DNA of 64,000 bases. Origin: Candidatus Rokuibacteriota bacterium (GTDB taxonomy: Bacteria > Methylomirabilota > Methylomirabilia > Rokubacteriales > CSP1-6). Below the pieces are notes generated by a model, which worked only from the letters and a program-made list of their open reading frames with translations, searched no databases and had not been told where the DNA came from. The stretch lies in the NCBI GenBank assembly GCA_003220675.1, contig QHTD01000155.1, positions 8,782 through 72,781 of the forward strand. The letters are read 5' to 3'. The position numbers were made by a program, and so were the translations under genes. Below, one piece after another: positions 8,713 to 18,164 of this stretch; the first letter of the stretch is position 1, and the number at the start of each line of letters is the position of its first letter.

Positions 8713-9903
8713 ATGGACTTCGAGTACTCCCCCGTCCAGCACGCTTTCTACAGGGAGTTTCGCGACTGGCTCACGGCGAACCTCCCTGCCGACCTCTGTC
8801 TCGACGATCCAGCCGACGACCGGGTGGCGTCCGATCGGGAGACGTTCGAGCGCCGCCGCGCGTGGCAGAAGACGATGCACGCCGCCGGTTGGGTCGGCAT
8901 CACGTGGCCGAAGGAGTACGGGGGCCGCGGCGCCGGGCTGATCGAGCGGGTCATCTGGGAGGAGGAGTACGCCGCGGCGCGGGCGCCCGTCCTGCCCGGG
9001 AGCATGGGCCTCAACCTCGTGGGGCCCACGATCATCCACTGGGGCACCGACGAGCAGAAGCGCCGCCATCTTCCCGCGATCCTCAATGCCGACGAGGTCT
9101 GGTGCCAGGGCTTTTCCGAGCCCAACGCCGGCTCGGACCTCGCGAGCCTCCGGACGCGCGCGGTGGATCAGGGCGATCATTACGTCGTCAACGGCCAGAA
9201 GGTGTGGACGTCCGGCGCGCACTTCGCCCACTGGATCATCCTGCTCGCCCGCACCAACCCCGACGCGCCCAGGCATCAGGGGATCAGCTGCCTTCTCGTC
9301 CCCATGACGACGCCGGGGATCGCCGTGCGGCCGCTCGTGCTCATGACCGGCCACCACCACTTCAACGAGGTCTTCTTCACCGACGTCGTCGTGCCGAAGA
9401 CGAACCTGCTCGGCCCGGTGAACCAAGGCTGGCGGGTCGCGACGACCACGCTCATGTACGAGCGTCACGCCGCCGGCGGCCGGAGCCATACGGCGCAGAT
9501 CGCCCGGCTCATGGCGCTGGCGAGGCGAGTGCCCGTCGACGGGCGGCCGGCGTGGGAGCACCCGTGGGCCCGCCAGCGGCTCGTCCAGCTCGCGATCGAC
9601 TGCGAGGCGCTCAAGTACACGCGGCTCCGGAGCCTGACGCGCCAGCTCCGCGGAGAGCCGCCCGGCCCCGAGGGCTCCATCCTGAAGCTCACCGGCTCGG
9701 AGCTCGGAGTGCGGATCGCCGACGTGGCCGGTGAGCTGCTCGGCATGCACGTGCTGGTGAACCAGCCCTCCGACGTCGTGCCGGACGCGCCGCGGTGGTT
9801 CAACCGCGTGCTCGCCGCGCGGCAGTACACGATCTCCGCGGGGACGAGCGAGATCCAGCGCAACATCATCGGCGAGCGCGTGCTCGGCCTCCCCAAAGGA
9901 TGA
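8713..9903 (+). CDS. acyl-CoA dehydrogenase family protein
   Basis: GWVGITWPKEYGGRG, WCQGFSEPNAGSDLASLRT, GQKVWTSGAHFA, and C-terminal ISAGTSEIQRNIIGERVLGLP. Confidence 0.9.
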   Translation: MDFEYSPVQHAFYREFRDWLTANLPADLCLDDPADDRVASDRETFERRRAWQKTMHAAGWVGITWPKEYGGRGAGLIERVIWEEEYAAARAPVLPGSMGLNLVGPTIIHWGTDEQKRRHLPAILNADEVWCQGFSEPNAGSDLASLRTRAVDQGDHYVVNGQKVWTSGAHFAHWIILLARTNPDAPRHQGISCLLVPMTTPGIAVRPLVLMTGHHHFNEVFFTDVVVPKTNLLGPVNQGWRVATTTLMYERHAAGGRSHTAQIARLMALARRVPVDGRPAWEHPWARQRLVQLAIDCEALKYTRLRSLTRQLRGEPPGPEGSILKLTGSELGVRIADVAGELLGMHVLVNQPSDVVPDAPRWFNRVLAARQYTISAGTSEIQRNIIGERVLGLPKG

Positions 9904-10322
9904 CCATGGAACTCGACCGCCCGCTACCCAACCCGATCACGCCAGAGGCCAGGCCCTTCTGGGACGGCCTCCGGGAGGGAAAGCTCCTCCTGCCCCGTTG
10001 CCAGTCGTGCGGCCACGTCTTCTTCTACCCGCGCGTCCTCTGCCCGCGCTGCCACGCACGCGATATCACCTGGACCCAGGCGAGCGGCACGGGCACGCTC
10101 CACGCCTTCGAGATCGCCTACCAGGTCTTCAACAAGGCATGGAGGGTCAAGCCGCCCTACGTGCTCGCCATGGTCGAGCTCGCAGAAGGGCCACGGTTGA
10201 TGTCGAACCTCGTCAACGTGGAGCCGGATCCCAGGATCATCAAATGCGAGATGCCCGTGCGAGTCGTCTTCTGCAAGCTGACCGACGAGATCACGCTGCC
10301 GCTGTTCGAGCCGGCCCGGTGA
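9900..10322 (+). CDS. Zn-ribbon/OB-fold protein (DUF35 family)
   Basis: The ATG overlaps the ACAD stop (ATGA). PFWDGLREGKLLLPRCQSCGHVFFYPRVLCPRCHA is followed by an OB-fold-like tail. This family is a typical partner of SCP-x-type thiolases. Confidence 0.85.
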   Translation: MTMELDRPLPNPITPEARPFWDGLREGKLLLPRCQSCGHVFFYPRVLCPRCHARDITWTQASGTGTLHAFEIAYQVFNKAWRVKPPYVLAMVELAEGPRLMSNLVNVEPDPRIIKCEMPVRVVFCKLTDEITLPLFEPAR

Positions 10323-11482
10323 GCCCCGTGGCGGACCCGCGCGCGCTCCGGAACTCCGTGTGCATCGTGGGAGTGGACGAGAGCGACGAGATCGGGAGCC
10401 TGCCCGGGAAGAGCCAGCTCACGCTGCACCTCGAGGCGATCACCAACGCCGTCCGCGACGCCGGGCTCACGATCACTGACGTGGACGGCATCTTCACAGC
10501 AGGCCAGCACTCACCCGCGCTGCTCGGCGAGGCGCTCGGCATCACGCCGCGCTACGTGGACGGCACCACGGTGGGCGGTTGCTCCTTCATCATCGAGGTC
10601 GGCCACGCGGTGGCCGCCCTGCACCACGGGCTCTGCGACGTCGCGGTCATCTCGCACGGCGAGTCCGGCCGCTCCGGCGTGGGCGTGAGCCCGCGGCGCG
10701 ACACGAGCCTCAGCGGCCAGTTCGAGGCGCCCTTCGGCTTCGGGGGCGCGCCCACGCTCTTCGGCATGGTCACCACGCGCCACATGCATGTGTACGGCAC
10801 CACTCTCGAGCAGTGGGCGCAGGTCGCCGTGTCGACGCGCAAATGGGCCATGCTCAACCCGAAGGCGCTCCGTCGCGAGCCGATCACTGTGGCCGACGTG
10901 CTGAACTCGCGGCCGGTGGTCTACCCGTTCAACGTCCTGAACATCTGCCTCGTCACCGACGCCGGCGGCGCCGTCGTGCTGACGCGCGCCGATCGCGCGA
11001 AGGACTGCGCCAAGAAGCCCGTGTACGTCCGAGGCATGGGCGAGTCCACCGAGCACGTGATGCTGACCCAGATGAAGGACCTCACCTTCAGCGAGGCGAC
11101 GCGGATCGCGGGCGAGAAGGCGTTCCGCATGGCGGGCGTCGCCCCAACGGACTTCGACCACATCATGCTCTACGACGCGTTCACCTCGGGGCCGCCCATC
11201 ATGCTGGAGTCGCTCGGCATCGCCAAGCGCGGTGACGGCGTGCACTTCTTCGCGGACGGCCGCTCGACGCCGGGTGGCACGCAGCCGATCAACACCAACG
11301 GGGGCGGCCTCTCCTACACGCACTCCGGGATGTACGGCATCTTCCCGATCATCGAAGCGACGCGGCAGCTCCGTGGCGAGTGTGACCAGCGCCAGGTGCC
11401 GAACGTGAAGCTCTCGCTGGTCAACGGCATGGGCGGCATGCTCTCCGCCGCCGGCACGCTCGTCCTGTCGAACGAGCGCTAG
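10319..11482 (+). CDS. thiolase-like protein (SCP-x / nonspecific lipid-transfer type)
   Basis: GTG 10319 overlaps the DUF35 stop (GTGA). VCIVGVDESDEIG, GGCSFIIEVGHAVAAL, NTNGGGLSYTHSGMYG, LVNGMGGMLSAAGTLVL. Confidence 0.85.
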   Translation: MSPVADPRALRNSVCIVGVDESDEIGSLPGKSQLTLHLEAITNAVRDAGLTITDVDGIFTAGQHSPALLGEALGITPRYVDGTTVGGCSFIIEVGHAVAALHHGLCDVAVISHGESGRSGVGVSPRRDTSLSGQFEAPFGFGGAPTLFGMVTTRHMHVYGTTLEQWAQVAVSTRKWAMLNPKALRREPITVADVLNSRPVVYPFNVLNICLVTDAGGAVVLTRADRAKDCAKKPVYVRGMGESTEHVMLTQMKDLTFSEATRIAGEKAFRMAGVAPTDFDHIMLYDAFTSGPPIMLESLGIAKRGDGVHFFADGRSTPGGTQPINTNGGGLSYTHSGMYGIFPIIEATRQLRGECDQRQVPNVKLSLVNGMGGMLSAAGTLVLSNER

Positions 11483-12534
11483 ATCAGCGCCGCGATCGTC
11501 TGACCGACCTCGGTCGTCGTCGCCCGGCCGCCGAGGTCGCGCGTCAGCGTCTTGCCTTCCTCCACCACCCGCTCGATCGCCGCGACGACGGCGCGCGCCG
11601 CCGCGGCGTGGCCGAGGTGCTCGAGCATCATCGCGCCCGTCCAGATCTGCGCGATGGGATTGGCGATCCCCTTGCCGGCGATGTCCGGGGCGGAGCCGTG
11701 CACGGGCTCGAACATCGACGGGCACTCCTTTTCGGGGTTGATGTTGCCACCCGGCGCCAGCCCAATGGAGCCAGCGAGGGCGGGGCCGAGGTCGGAGAGG
11801 ATGTCGCCGAAGAGATTCGAGGCGACGACGACGTCGAACCAGTCGGGATGCTGCACGAAGTGGGCGGCGAGGATGTCGATGTGGTACCGGGCGGTGTTGA
11901 CGCCCGGATACTCCTTCGCGATGGCGGCGAAACGCTCGTCCCAGTACGGCATGCTGTGGATGATCCCGTTCGACTTGGTCGCCGAGGTCACGTGACGGCG
12001 GGGCCGCCCGATGGCCAGCTCGAAGGCGTAGCGCATGACGCGGTCACAGCCCTTGCGCGTGAAGATCGCCTGCTGGACGGCCAGCTCCTCCGGCGTTCCC
12101 CGGTAGAGCCGCCCGCCGATCTCGGAGTACTCGCCCTCGTTGTTCTCGCGCACGATCAGCATGTCGATGTCGGCAGGTCCTCTTCCGGCGAGCGGCGACG
12201 TGACCCCCTTGAGCAGGCGCACCGGACGCAGATTGATGTACTGGCGGAAGCCGCGGCGGATCGGGATCAGGAGCCCCCAGAGCGAGACGTGGTCGGGCAC
12301 GCCCGGGAAGCCAACGGCGCCCAGGAAAATCGACTCGAACTGCCGGAGCTGGTCGAGACCGTCCTCGGGCATCATTCGGCCGGTCTTCGTGTAGCGCTCG
12401 CAGCTCCAGTCGAACGTCGTCCACTCGAAATCGAAGCCGAACCGGCGGCCGGCGGCGTCCAGCACGCGCTTGCCTTCGGGCACGACCTCCTTACCGATCC
12501 CGTCGCCGGGAATCACGGCGATCCGGTGTCTCAT
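11479..12534 (-). CDS. dmlA: tartrate dehydrogenase / D-malate dehydrogenase (decarboxylating), isopropylmalate dehydrogenase family
   Basis: Start at ATG 12534 (MRHRIAVIPGDGIGKEV). Collinear with E. coli DmlA/YeaU: YINLRPVRL, VRENNEGEYS, SATKSNG, VVASNLFGDILSDLGPA, FEPVHGSAPDIAGKGIANP. The upstream 78 codons of ORF 11479..12768 overlap the next gene. Confidence 0.85.
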   Translation of the reverse strand: MRHRIAVIPGDGIGKEVVPEGKRVLDAAGRRFGFDFEWTTFDWSCERYTKTGRMMPEDGLDQLRQFESIFLGAVGFPGVPDHVSLWGLLIPIRRGFRQYINLRPVRLLKGVTSPLAGRGPADIDMLIVRENNEGEYSEIGGRLYRGTPEELAVQQAIFTRKGCDRVMRYAFELAIGRPRRHVTSATKSNGIIHSMPYWDERFAAIAKEYPGVNTARYHIDILAAHFVQHPDWFDVVVASNLFGDILSDLGPALAGSIGLAPGGNINPEKECPSMFEPVHGSAPDIAGKGIANPIAQIWTGAMMLEHLGHAAAARAVVAAIERVVEEGKTLTRDLGGRATTTEVGQTIAALI

Positions 12535-12920
12535 GGCGTCTTCATCTCCGCGAAGACCTTCTTCGCCGTCAGCATCGCCTCCCGGATGATCGGCGCCCCC
12601 ACGTAGCCCGTCAGGTGGAGCAACACCTCGGTCAGCTCGTCCGCGGTCCAGCCCTGGCGCAACGCCATTCTCAAATGAATGGCCAGCTCGGGCTCGCGCC
12701 CCGTGGCCGCGTCCGACACGACGCAGACGAGCGTCCGTGTCTTGAGGTCGAGCCCCGGGCGCGCCCACAGACTGCTGAAGACGGTCTCGGTGGCGAGGTC
12801 GATGAACTTGCGCATCCTGGGATCGTCGTACGTTGTGCGCTCCGCCTGCTGCACGTACTCGTCGCCCAGCAGCTGGCGGCGGATTTCACGGCCCCGTCGG
12901 TAGGTCTCGCTCTCGGCCAT
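12531..12920 (-). CDS. carboxymuconolactone decarboxylase family protein
   Basis: WARPGLDLKTRTLVCVVSDAATG, ELTEVLLHLTGYVGAP. The stop overlaps the dmlA-like ATG (ATGA). Confidence 0.8.
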   Translation of the reverse strand: MAESETYRRGREIRRQLLGDEYVQQAERTTYDDPRMRKFIDLATETVFSSLWARPGLDLKTRTLVCVVSDAATGREPELAIHLRMALRQGWTADELTEVLLHLTGYVGAPIIREAMLTAKKVFAEMKTP

Positions 12921-13056
12921 ACAGTCCTCCTTGCGCGCTGGAAGAACGGCGAGGCCCTTAGCCTACGCGAAGCCATCGGCAAGTCAAACTGACCCACGAC
13001 CCGCCGCGGCGGTTGCATGCCCGGCCGCGGGCGGCCTACCATGCGCTCGTGCTCAG

Positions 13057-13670
13057 ATGATGGAGCTCTACGACGAGATCGGCGTCGGCTACAGGAACTC
13101 CCGCCGTCCCGACCCTCGAATCGCCACGGCGATCTTCCACGCCCTGGGTGAGGCGGACACGGTCGTGAATGTCGGAGCCGGCGCAGGCTCCTACGAACCC
13201 TCGGATCGATCCGTGATCGCGGTGGAGCCCTCGATGACGATGATTCGTCAACGTCCGGTCGGGAGCGCTCCGGCAGTTCAAGCGTCCGCGACCCATCTCC
13301 CTTTCCGGAGCGCCACGTTCGAGGCGGCTCCGAGATCGTGGAGATCGATCGCCCGATCTTCCCGTCCATCGAGGAGTTCAGCCGCGCGTTGGGTCGCGTC
13401 GATGTCCACACCCTCCCGATTCCCCACGATTGCGTGGACGGCTTCCTCGGGGCTTACTGGCGGCGGCCGCATGCCTATCTGGACGCGAGCGTCCGCAGCG
13501 CAATTTCGACGTTCTCCAAGATCCACGCCCTCGAAGCCGGGCTGACCCGGCTCCGTCGCGATTTGCAGGACGGAACTTGGGAGCGTCGATACGGGGATCT
13601 CCTCGGGCGGCGGGAGATTGATCTCGGTTACCGTCTTCTCGTTTCCGGCGGTGGGCGCCCACAGGGCTGA
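13057..13670 (+). pseudogene. class I SAM-dependent methyltransferase with internal deletion and frameshift
   Basis: The N-terminal part (MMELYDEIGVGYRNS...VVNVGAGAGSYEP...LPFRSATFEAA) is in frame 1. The C-terminal part (EIDRPIFPSIEEF...PHDCVDGFLGAYWRRPHAYLD) is in frame 0 (ORF 13338..13670). The junction is near 13325. The segment expected between them (about 50-60 aa by my recollection of the family) is missing. Confidence 0.6.
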
Positions 13671-13817
13671 CCGGATGGCACCAGTGTGTCTGATCGTTGA
13701 CGCCTTGCCCCTCGAAACCGGTTCAGCGACCATAGGCTAACTGACCGAAAACGCGTATCTCCGCCCCTGCGGGCGTGGTCTGGCACCCTGGTTGCGTCTT
13801 CTCGTCGTGGCACACCC

Positions 13818-14675
13818 ATGCCGACGACTGTCCACCAGCGCCAGAACGGCGAAGACGTCTTGGGCGAGACGGAACCGGCGACCCGAAGCGGTGTAGAGCG
13901 AGGCGCGACATCCTTGCTCACGCGGCATGCGGTCGGGCTCGCTGCCCTGGTCCTCACGATGGCTTCTGCGTACATGGCATCCCGACCGAACACTCCACAG
14001 AACGCTCAAGAGGTCGCGCGCCTGACGGACGATTCAGCCGAGGAAGCGACGGACGAAACTACCGTCGTGGAGATCGAGGCCCACATCAGGGAGATCGCCG
14101 TCCGCTACCGCATCTCCCCACGCCTGGTGGCCGCGATCGTCGAGGTCGAGTCCGAGTTCAACCCGCGGGCGGTGTCGCGCAGGGGCGCCCGCGGCCTGAT
14201 GCAGCTGATGCCGGGAATGGCCTCGAGCCTCCAGATCGAGGACATGTTCGACCCTTACGAGAATATCGAGGGCGGCGTTCGCCTCCTCCGCCGCCTGATG
14301 GACCGGTTCCAAGGCAACGTGCCGCTCGTGCTCGCCGCCTACAACGCTGGCGAGCCGGCGGTCCTGATGCACGGCGGAATCCCGCCCTACCGCGAAACTC
14401 GCCGCTACGTGGCCCGGATTCTGCGGCGCATCGGCCACGGGGGCCCAAGCCGAATGGAGACGAAGCTCGCGGGACGACTCCCCGAGGTCAGCGCGTTGAC
14501 CGTGGCGAACCCTGCCCGTATCGACGGGCCGGTGCGCCAAGCGCTCGAGCAACGCGCATTGGAAGAGATCGACCGGAACCCCGCAGCTTCGTCAGGTGAG
14601 GAGCCACCGAGCGCCGATGCGTGGCCCAACGCGGCGGAGCCCATCACGGATCTCTCTCGGTCTCAAGACCCATAA
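13818..14675 (+). CDS. membrane-anchored lytic transglycosylase (SLT domain)
   Basis: Hydrophobic anchor AVGLAALVLTMASAYMA, then AAIVEVESEFNPRAVSRRGARGLMQLMP and LAAYNAGEPAV. Confidence 0.8.
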   Translation: MPTTVHQRQNGEDVLGETEPATRSGVERGATSLLTRHAVGLAALVLTMASAYMASRPNTPQNAQEVARLTDDSAEEATDETTVVEIEAHIREIAVRYRISPRLVAAIVEVESEFNPRAVSRRGARGLMQLMPGMASSLQIEDMFDPYENIEGGVRLLRRLMDRFQGNVPLVLAAYNAGEPAVLMHGGIPPYRETRRYVARILRRIGHGGPSRMETKLAGRLPEVSALTVANPARIDGPVRQALEQRALEEIDRNPAASSGEEPPSADAWPNAAEPITDLSRSQDP

Positions 14676-14693
14676 TCGAAGGAGGAGGTTCAG

Positions 14694-15929
14694 ATGATTG
14701 AGCGGATCATGGGTAGATTCCCGGAGGCGTGGCGCGAGCTGATCGAGTTGGCCGCCGCGCCGATCGCCTGGCTTCCAGGGCTCCAGCACATGGCGATCAG
14801 GTTCTTTTTCGACTCTCCGTCCGGCTGGGCGGCGACCGCCAAATTTGTCTTCCTCCTGTTGCCCATACTCCTCAGCTTCGCCGCCATCTGGTGCACAGGG
14901 TTCTCCCTCTACACGCTGCCGTTCCGATCGCGGCGAATCGACTTCGTCTCGACGCTCCTGATGACGTGGTGGGACGCCGCCCGCGCGGTCTGGATGTACT
15001 GGATCGGCATTCTGCGGATGGGCGCCGTCGTGATCGGCTGGCTGGTCACCCTCGTCGGCCTCGCCCTGAAACTCGGCTTCGAGGCGCTTCGCCAACTCGT
15101 CCTCCTGCCGTGGTCGGTGTCGGGCCGGATGACGGACCGGTACTTCCGGGGCGGCGTGCCATGGCTCGCCTTCGGGATGCTGCTCGGCTGGTCGGCGCTG
15201 GAGGCGACGATCTTCAGTTTCACGCTGATGCCGACCCTGTCGCAGGTGCTGGCCGACCTCGCGGGCACCGACGGGGTGCCGCGGGCGACCACGATGGTCC
15301 TCTGGTGCTTCCTGCTCCTGTTGATCATGGGCAGCTTCGCCTGCGTCCAGGCGCTGGTCGAGGCGGTCGAGAAGAGGGAGGTCAAGTTCATCGTCCAGAT
15401 CGCCCTGGTCGAAATGTTCGTCATGTTCTTCGAGGTGATGTTCCTCTACCGGGAGCTGGTTGACGCCGTCACGCCCTGGATCGTCCAGCAGACGGGGGAC
15501 AGCTTCCATCCCGGGCTCTTTTTCACGCTGGGCGTGGCGGCGTTCGGCTGGGTCGGCATTCGCGGCATGACGTGGTTCCTGTTCGGCCAGTACGGGACGC
15601 CGCCGCTGCTCGCCTTCATCTCACGGGAGCCCATGGCCCCCATCGAAGGTCGACCGGTGGTGAAGGAGGCCAACGAGCCCTCCTGGTGGAAGGAGCCGCT
15701 CGCAGACTTCAAGAAGGAGATCGGTTGGCTCCACGACAAGAGCGACCAGCTCCTCGAGTACCTCGCCCTGCCCGCCCTGCACCTCCTCGCCGCCGCGATG
15801 AACTTCGCCATGGTGCTGATAACGGCGCGGCCCGTGTTCGCCCTGCCGTTCAAGAGCCTGAAGGAGGTGACGGAGACGCGGGAGATGCTCGGAGTGCACC
15901 TTCAGCCGAAGAGGCAGGCCAGCGCATGA
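14694..15929 (+). CDS. polytopic membrane protein of unknown function (411 aa)
   Basis: Strong RBS GGAGGAGG 14681-14688. About 8 hydrophobic segments. No motif recognised. Confidence 0.7.
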   Translation: MIERIMGRFPEAWRELIELAAAPIAWLPGLQHMAIRFFFDSPSGWAATAKFVFLLLPILLSFAAIWCTGFSLYTLPFRSRRIDFVSTLLMTWWDAARAVWMYWIGILRMGAVVIGWLVTLVGLALKLGFEALRQLVLLPWSVSGRMTDRYFRGGVPWLAFGMLLGWSALEATIFSFTLMPTLSQVLADLAGTDGVPRATTMVLWCFLLLLIMGSFACVQALVEAVEKREVKFIVQIALVEMFVMFFEVMFLYRELVDAVTPWIVQQTGDSFHPGLFFTLGVAAFGWVGIRGMTWFLFGQYGTPPLLAFISREPMAPIEGRPVVKEANEPSWWKEPLADFKKEIGWLHDKSDQLLEYLALPALHLLAAAMNFAMVLITARPVFALPFKSLKEVTETREMLGVHLQPKRQASA

Positions 15930-16696
15930 GCCGCCGCGGCAGCTCGCTCACCCTCGCGCTGCTCTCGACCACCCTGCTCGCGACGACGGCGATGGCGCAG
16001 CGGGCGACCGACCGCACGGGGCGGGACACGATGTTCGTCGGCGTGGACACGAGCGGGTCCTTCGTCCAGGCGGGTGATTACGCCAACGCCATGGGCTTCC
16101 TCGCCTACTACATCTATGGCCACCTCCACGGCCTCGGCGGGCTCACCCAGGTGAAGGAGCTGTTCGTCGCCGCCATCGGGGGCAAGGAGGCGGGCGAGCC
16201 CAAGGCTTTTCACCCGACCCTCGAGTTCGCGGACAAGGACATCGCGGGGATCGAGGCGAACCTGAGGCGCTGGTACCCGCCCACCGACACGCTCACCGAC
16301 TTCAACGTCTTCTTCGAGCAGGTGGCCCGGGTCACCAAAGAGCGCAACCTCGTCCTCAGCCCGATCACGGTGCTGCTGGTGACCGACGGCGTTCCCGACA
16401 TACCGCACCCGACCTTCAAGCCTGGCTCGAAGGGCATGTACCGAACGATCAACCTCGCTCCGCTCGAATACCTGTCGAGAAACCTCACGCTGCGAGTAGC
16501 GTATACGAGCCCCAAGGTGGCAGAGTTTTGGCGGACGGAAGTCCCTCGGCAGCGGGTCAGGCTCTGGACGGCCGAGGCCGAGATCATGAGAACCTGGCGC
16601 AGTCAGGTCATAGACGCCGCGCCGCCCGACCAGGCCCGCCTGTGGAAGTGGGTGCGGCAGACGCTCGACTTTCGCGTCCGTGTGCGCCCGCTCTGA
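15926..16696 (+). CDS. secreted vWA-like protein
   Basis: The ATG overlaps the preceding stop (ATGA). Signal peptide MSRRGSSLTLALLSTTLLATTAMA. MIDAS-like VGVDTSGSF and LLVTDGVPD. The upstream part of ORF 15572..16696 is out-of-gene read-through. Confidence 0.6.
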   Translation: MSRRGSSLTLALLSTTLLATTAMAQRATDRTGRDTMFVGVDTSGSFVQAGDYANAMGFLAYYIYGHLHGLGGLTQVKELFVAAIGGKEAGEPKAFHPTLEFADKDIAGIEANLRRWYPPTDTLTDFNVFFEQVARVTKERNLVLSPITVLLVTDGVPDIPHPTFKPGSKGMYRTINLAPLEYLSRNLTLRVAYTSPKVAEFWRTEVPRQRVRLWTAEAEIMRTWRSQVIDAAPPDQARLWKWVRQTLDFRVRVRPL

Positions 16697-16737
16697 GGAG
16701 TGTCTGAGCCCGTGAGGCCGGTGATAGGCTGATCGCG

Positions 16738-18141
16738 ATGCGCTATCACTTCTCCGGCGTCGCCGGCGCCGGCATGAACCCCCTCGCGTGTCTGATGCGG
16801 GCGCGCGGCCACGAGGTCCAGGGCTCCGATCGCTCGTTCGACCAGGGGAAGAACCGGGAGATCGCCGCGCATCTCCGGCGGTTGGCAATCCAGCTTGCGG
16901 CGCACGACGGGACGGCCGTGACGCCAGCGATCGATCGCTTCGTCTACTCGACGGCGGTCGAGGCCGACACGCCCGAGATGCGCGCCGCGCGTGCACTCGG
17001 CCTCGACTGCGTGTCCCGGCCACAGCTCCTCGCCGAGGTGGTCAACGCTGGTGGGCCGGGCGTTGCCGTCGCGGGCACGAGCGGTAAGAGCACGATCATC
17101 GGCATGGTGGCCTGGCTCCTGCGCGAGACGGGCGTGCCTGCCACGGTGCTCGGCGGTGCCGCACTCGTAGGCGAAGGCACGGGCGGCTGCTTCGTCGCCG
17201 GCCCCGCCGAGGGCCCCGTCGTCGCGGAGGCCTGTGAGTCCGACGGCACGCTCGTCGGCTACCGGCCCGCGATCGGTCTCGTGCACAATGTGAGCCGCGA
17301 CCACGCCGAGCTGGATGCGCTGCGCCCTCAGTTCTCGGCCTTCGCCGAGAGCTGCGGCCGGCTCCTCGTCAACGCGGCCTGCCCGGAGGCGGCTGCGCTC
17401 GGGCGCCGGTTCAAGGCATCCACGTACGGCGTCTCGCCCGGCGCCGACACGCGTCTTCGAGTCACGAGCGCGGGCCCCCGCCGCGCGACGGGCTCGCTTC
17501 GGCTCGAGGGCCGCGTCGTGGTGCTCGACGTCCCGCAGCCCGGGCTCCACAACCTCGAGAACGCCGCCGCCGCCGCGCTGTTGGCGCTCGAGCTTGGGGT
17601 TGACGCTTCCGCCCTGGAGGCCCCGCTCGCCCGCTTCCCCGGCGTGGCGCGCCGGTTCGAGGTGGTCGGCACGACGACGAGCGGCATCCGCGTCGTGGAC
17701 GACTACGCCCACAACGGCGAGAAGATTCGCGCGGCTGTCACCACGGCGCAGGCCGGCGCGCCGCGCGTGGTCGCTGTCTTCCAGCCCCACGGGTTCGGCC
17801 CGGCTCGCTTCCTGCGCCAGGAGTTGAAGGAGCTGCTACCGAGGCTGCTCCGGCCTCAGGACCGCTTCTGCTACGCCGAGATCTTCTACACCGGCGGCAC
17901 GGTCGCGAAGGACGTCTCGAGCCGAGCCCTGGCGGCCGACCTCCCTGCCGAGATGCGCTGCGGCTACGCCCGCGACCACGACGCCGTTCGTCAGTGGGCG
18001 CTGAGCGAGGCGCAGGCCGGCGACACCGTGCTCATCATGGGCGCGCGCGATCCCGACCTTCCTCGCCTCGCGCGCAAGGTGTTCGAGTCGCTGTCGGTAT
18101 GGGCTTCCTCGACAAGTAGCAACCTGCTGGGCTGGCGCTAA
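16738..18141 (+). CDS. Mur ligase family protein (MurC/Mpl-like)
   Basis: MurC-type N-terminus HFSGVAGAGMNPLACLMRARGHEVQGSD, P-loop AGTSGKSTIIGM, EACESDGT, NVSRDHAE, RRFEVVG, VVDDYAHNGEKI, VFQPHGF. It is not in a dcw/mur cluster. Confidence 0.8.
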   Translation: MRYHFSGVAGAGMNPLACLMRARGHEVQGSDRSFDQGKNREIAAHLRRLAIQLAAHDGTAVTPAIDRFVYSTAVEADTPEMRAARALGLDCVSRPQLLAEVVNAGGPGVAVAGTSGKSTIIGMVAWLLRETGVPATVLGGAALVGEGTGGCFVAGPAEGPVVAEACESDGTLVGYRPAIGLVHNVSRDHAELDALRPQFSAFAESCGRLLVNAACPEAAALGRRFKASTYGVSPGADTRLRVTSAGPRRATGSLRLEGRVVVLDVPQPGLHNLENAAAAALLALELGVDASALEAPLARFPGVARRFEVVGTTTSGIRVVDDYAHNGEKIRAAVTTAQAGAPRVVAVFQPHGFGPARFLRQELKELLPRLLRPQDRFCYAEIFYTGGTVAKDVSSRALAADLPAEMRCGYARDHDAVRQWALSEAQAGDTVLIMGARDPDLPRLARKVFESLSVWASSTSSNLLGWR

Positions 18142-18164
18142 CCGCGCTGCGACGGTCGCGCCGC

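Noticed and set aside
11479-11482. Convergent thiolase and dmlA-like genes share their stop codons in the palindrome CTAG.
   Set aside because: A real but trivial consequence of tight convergent packing. No regulatory implication can be argued.
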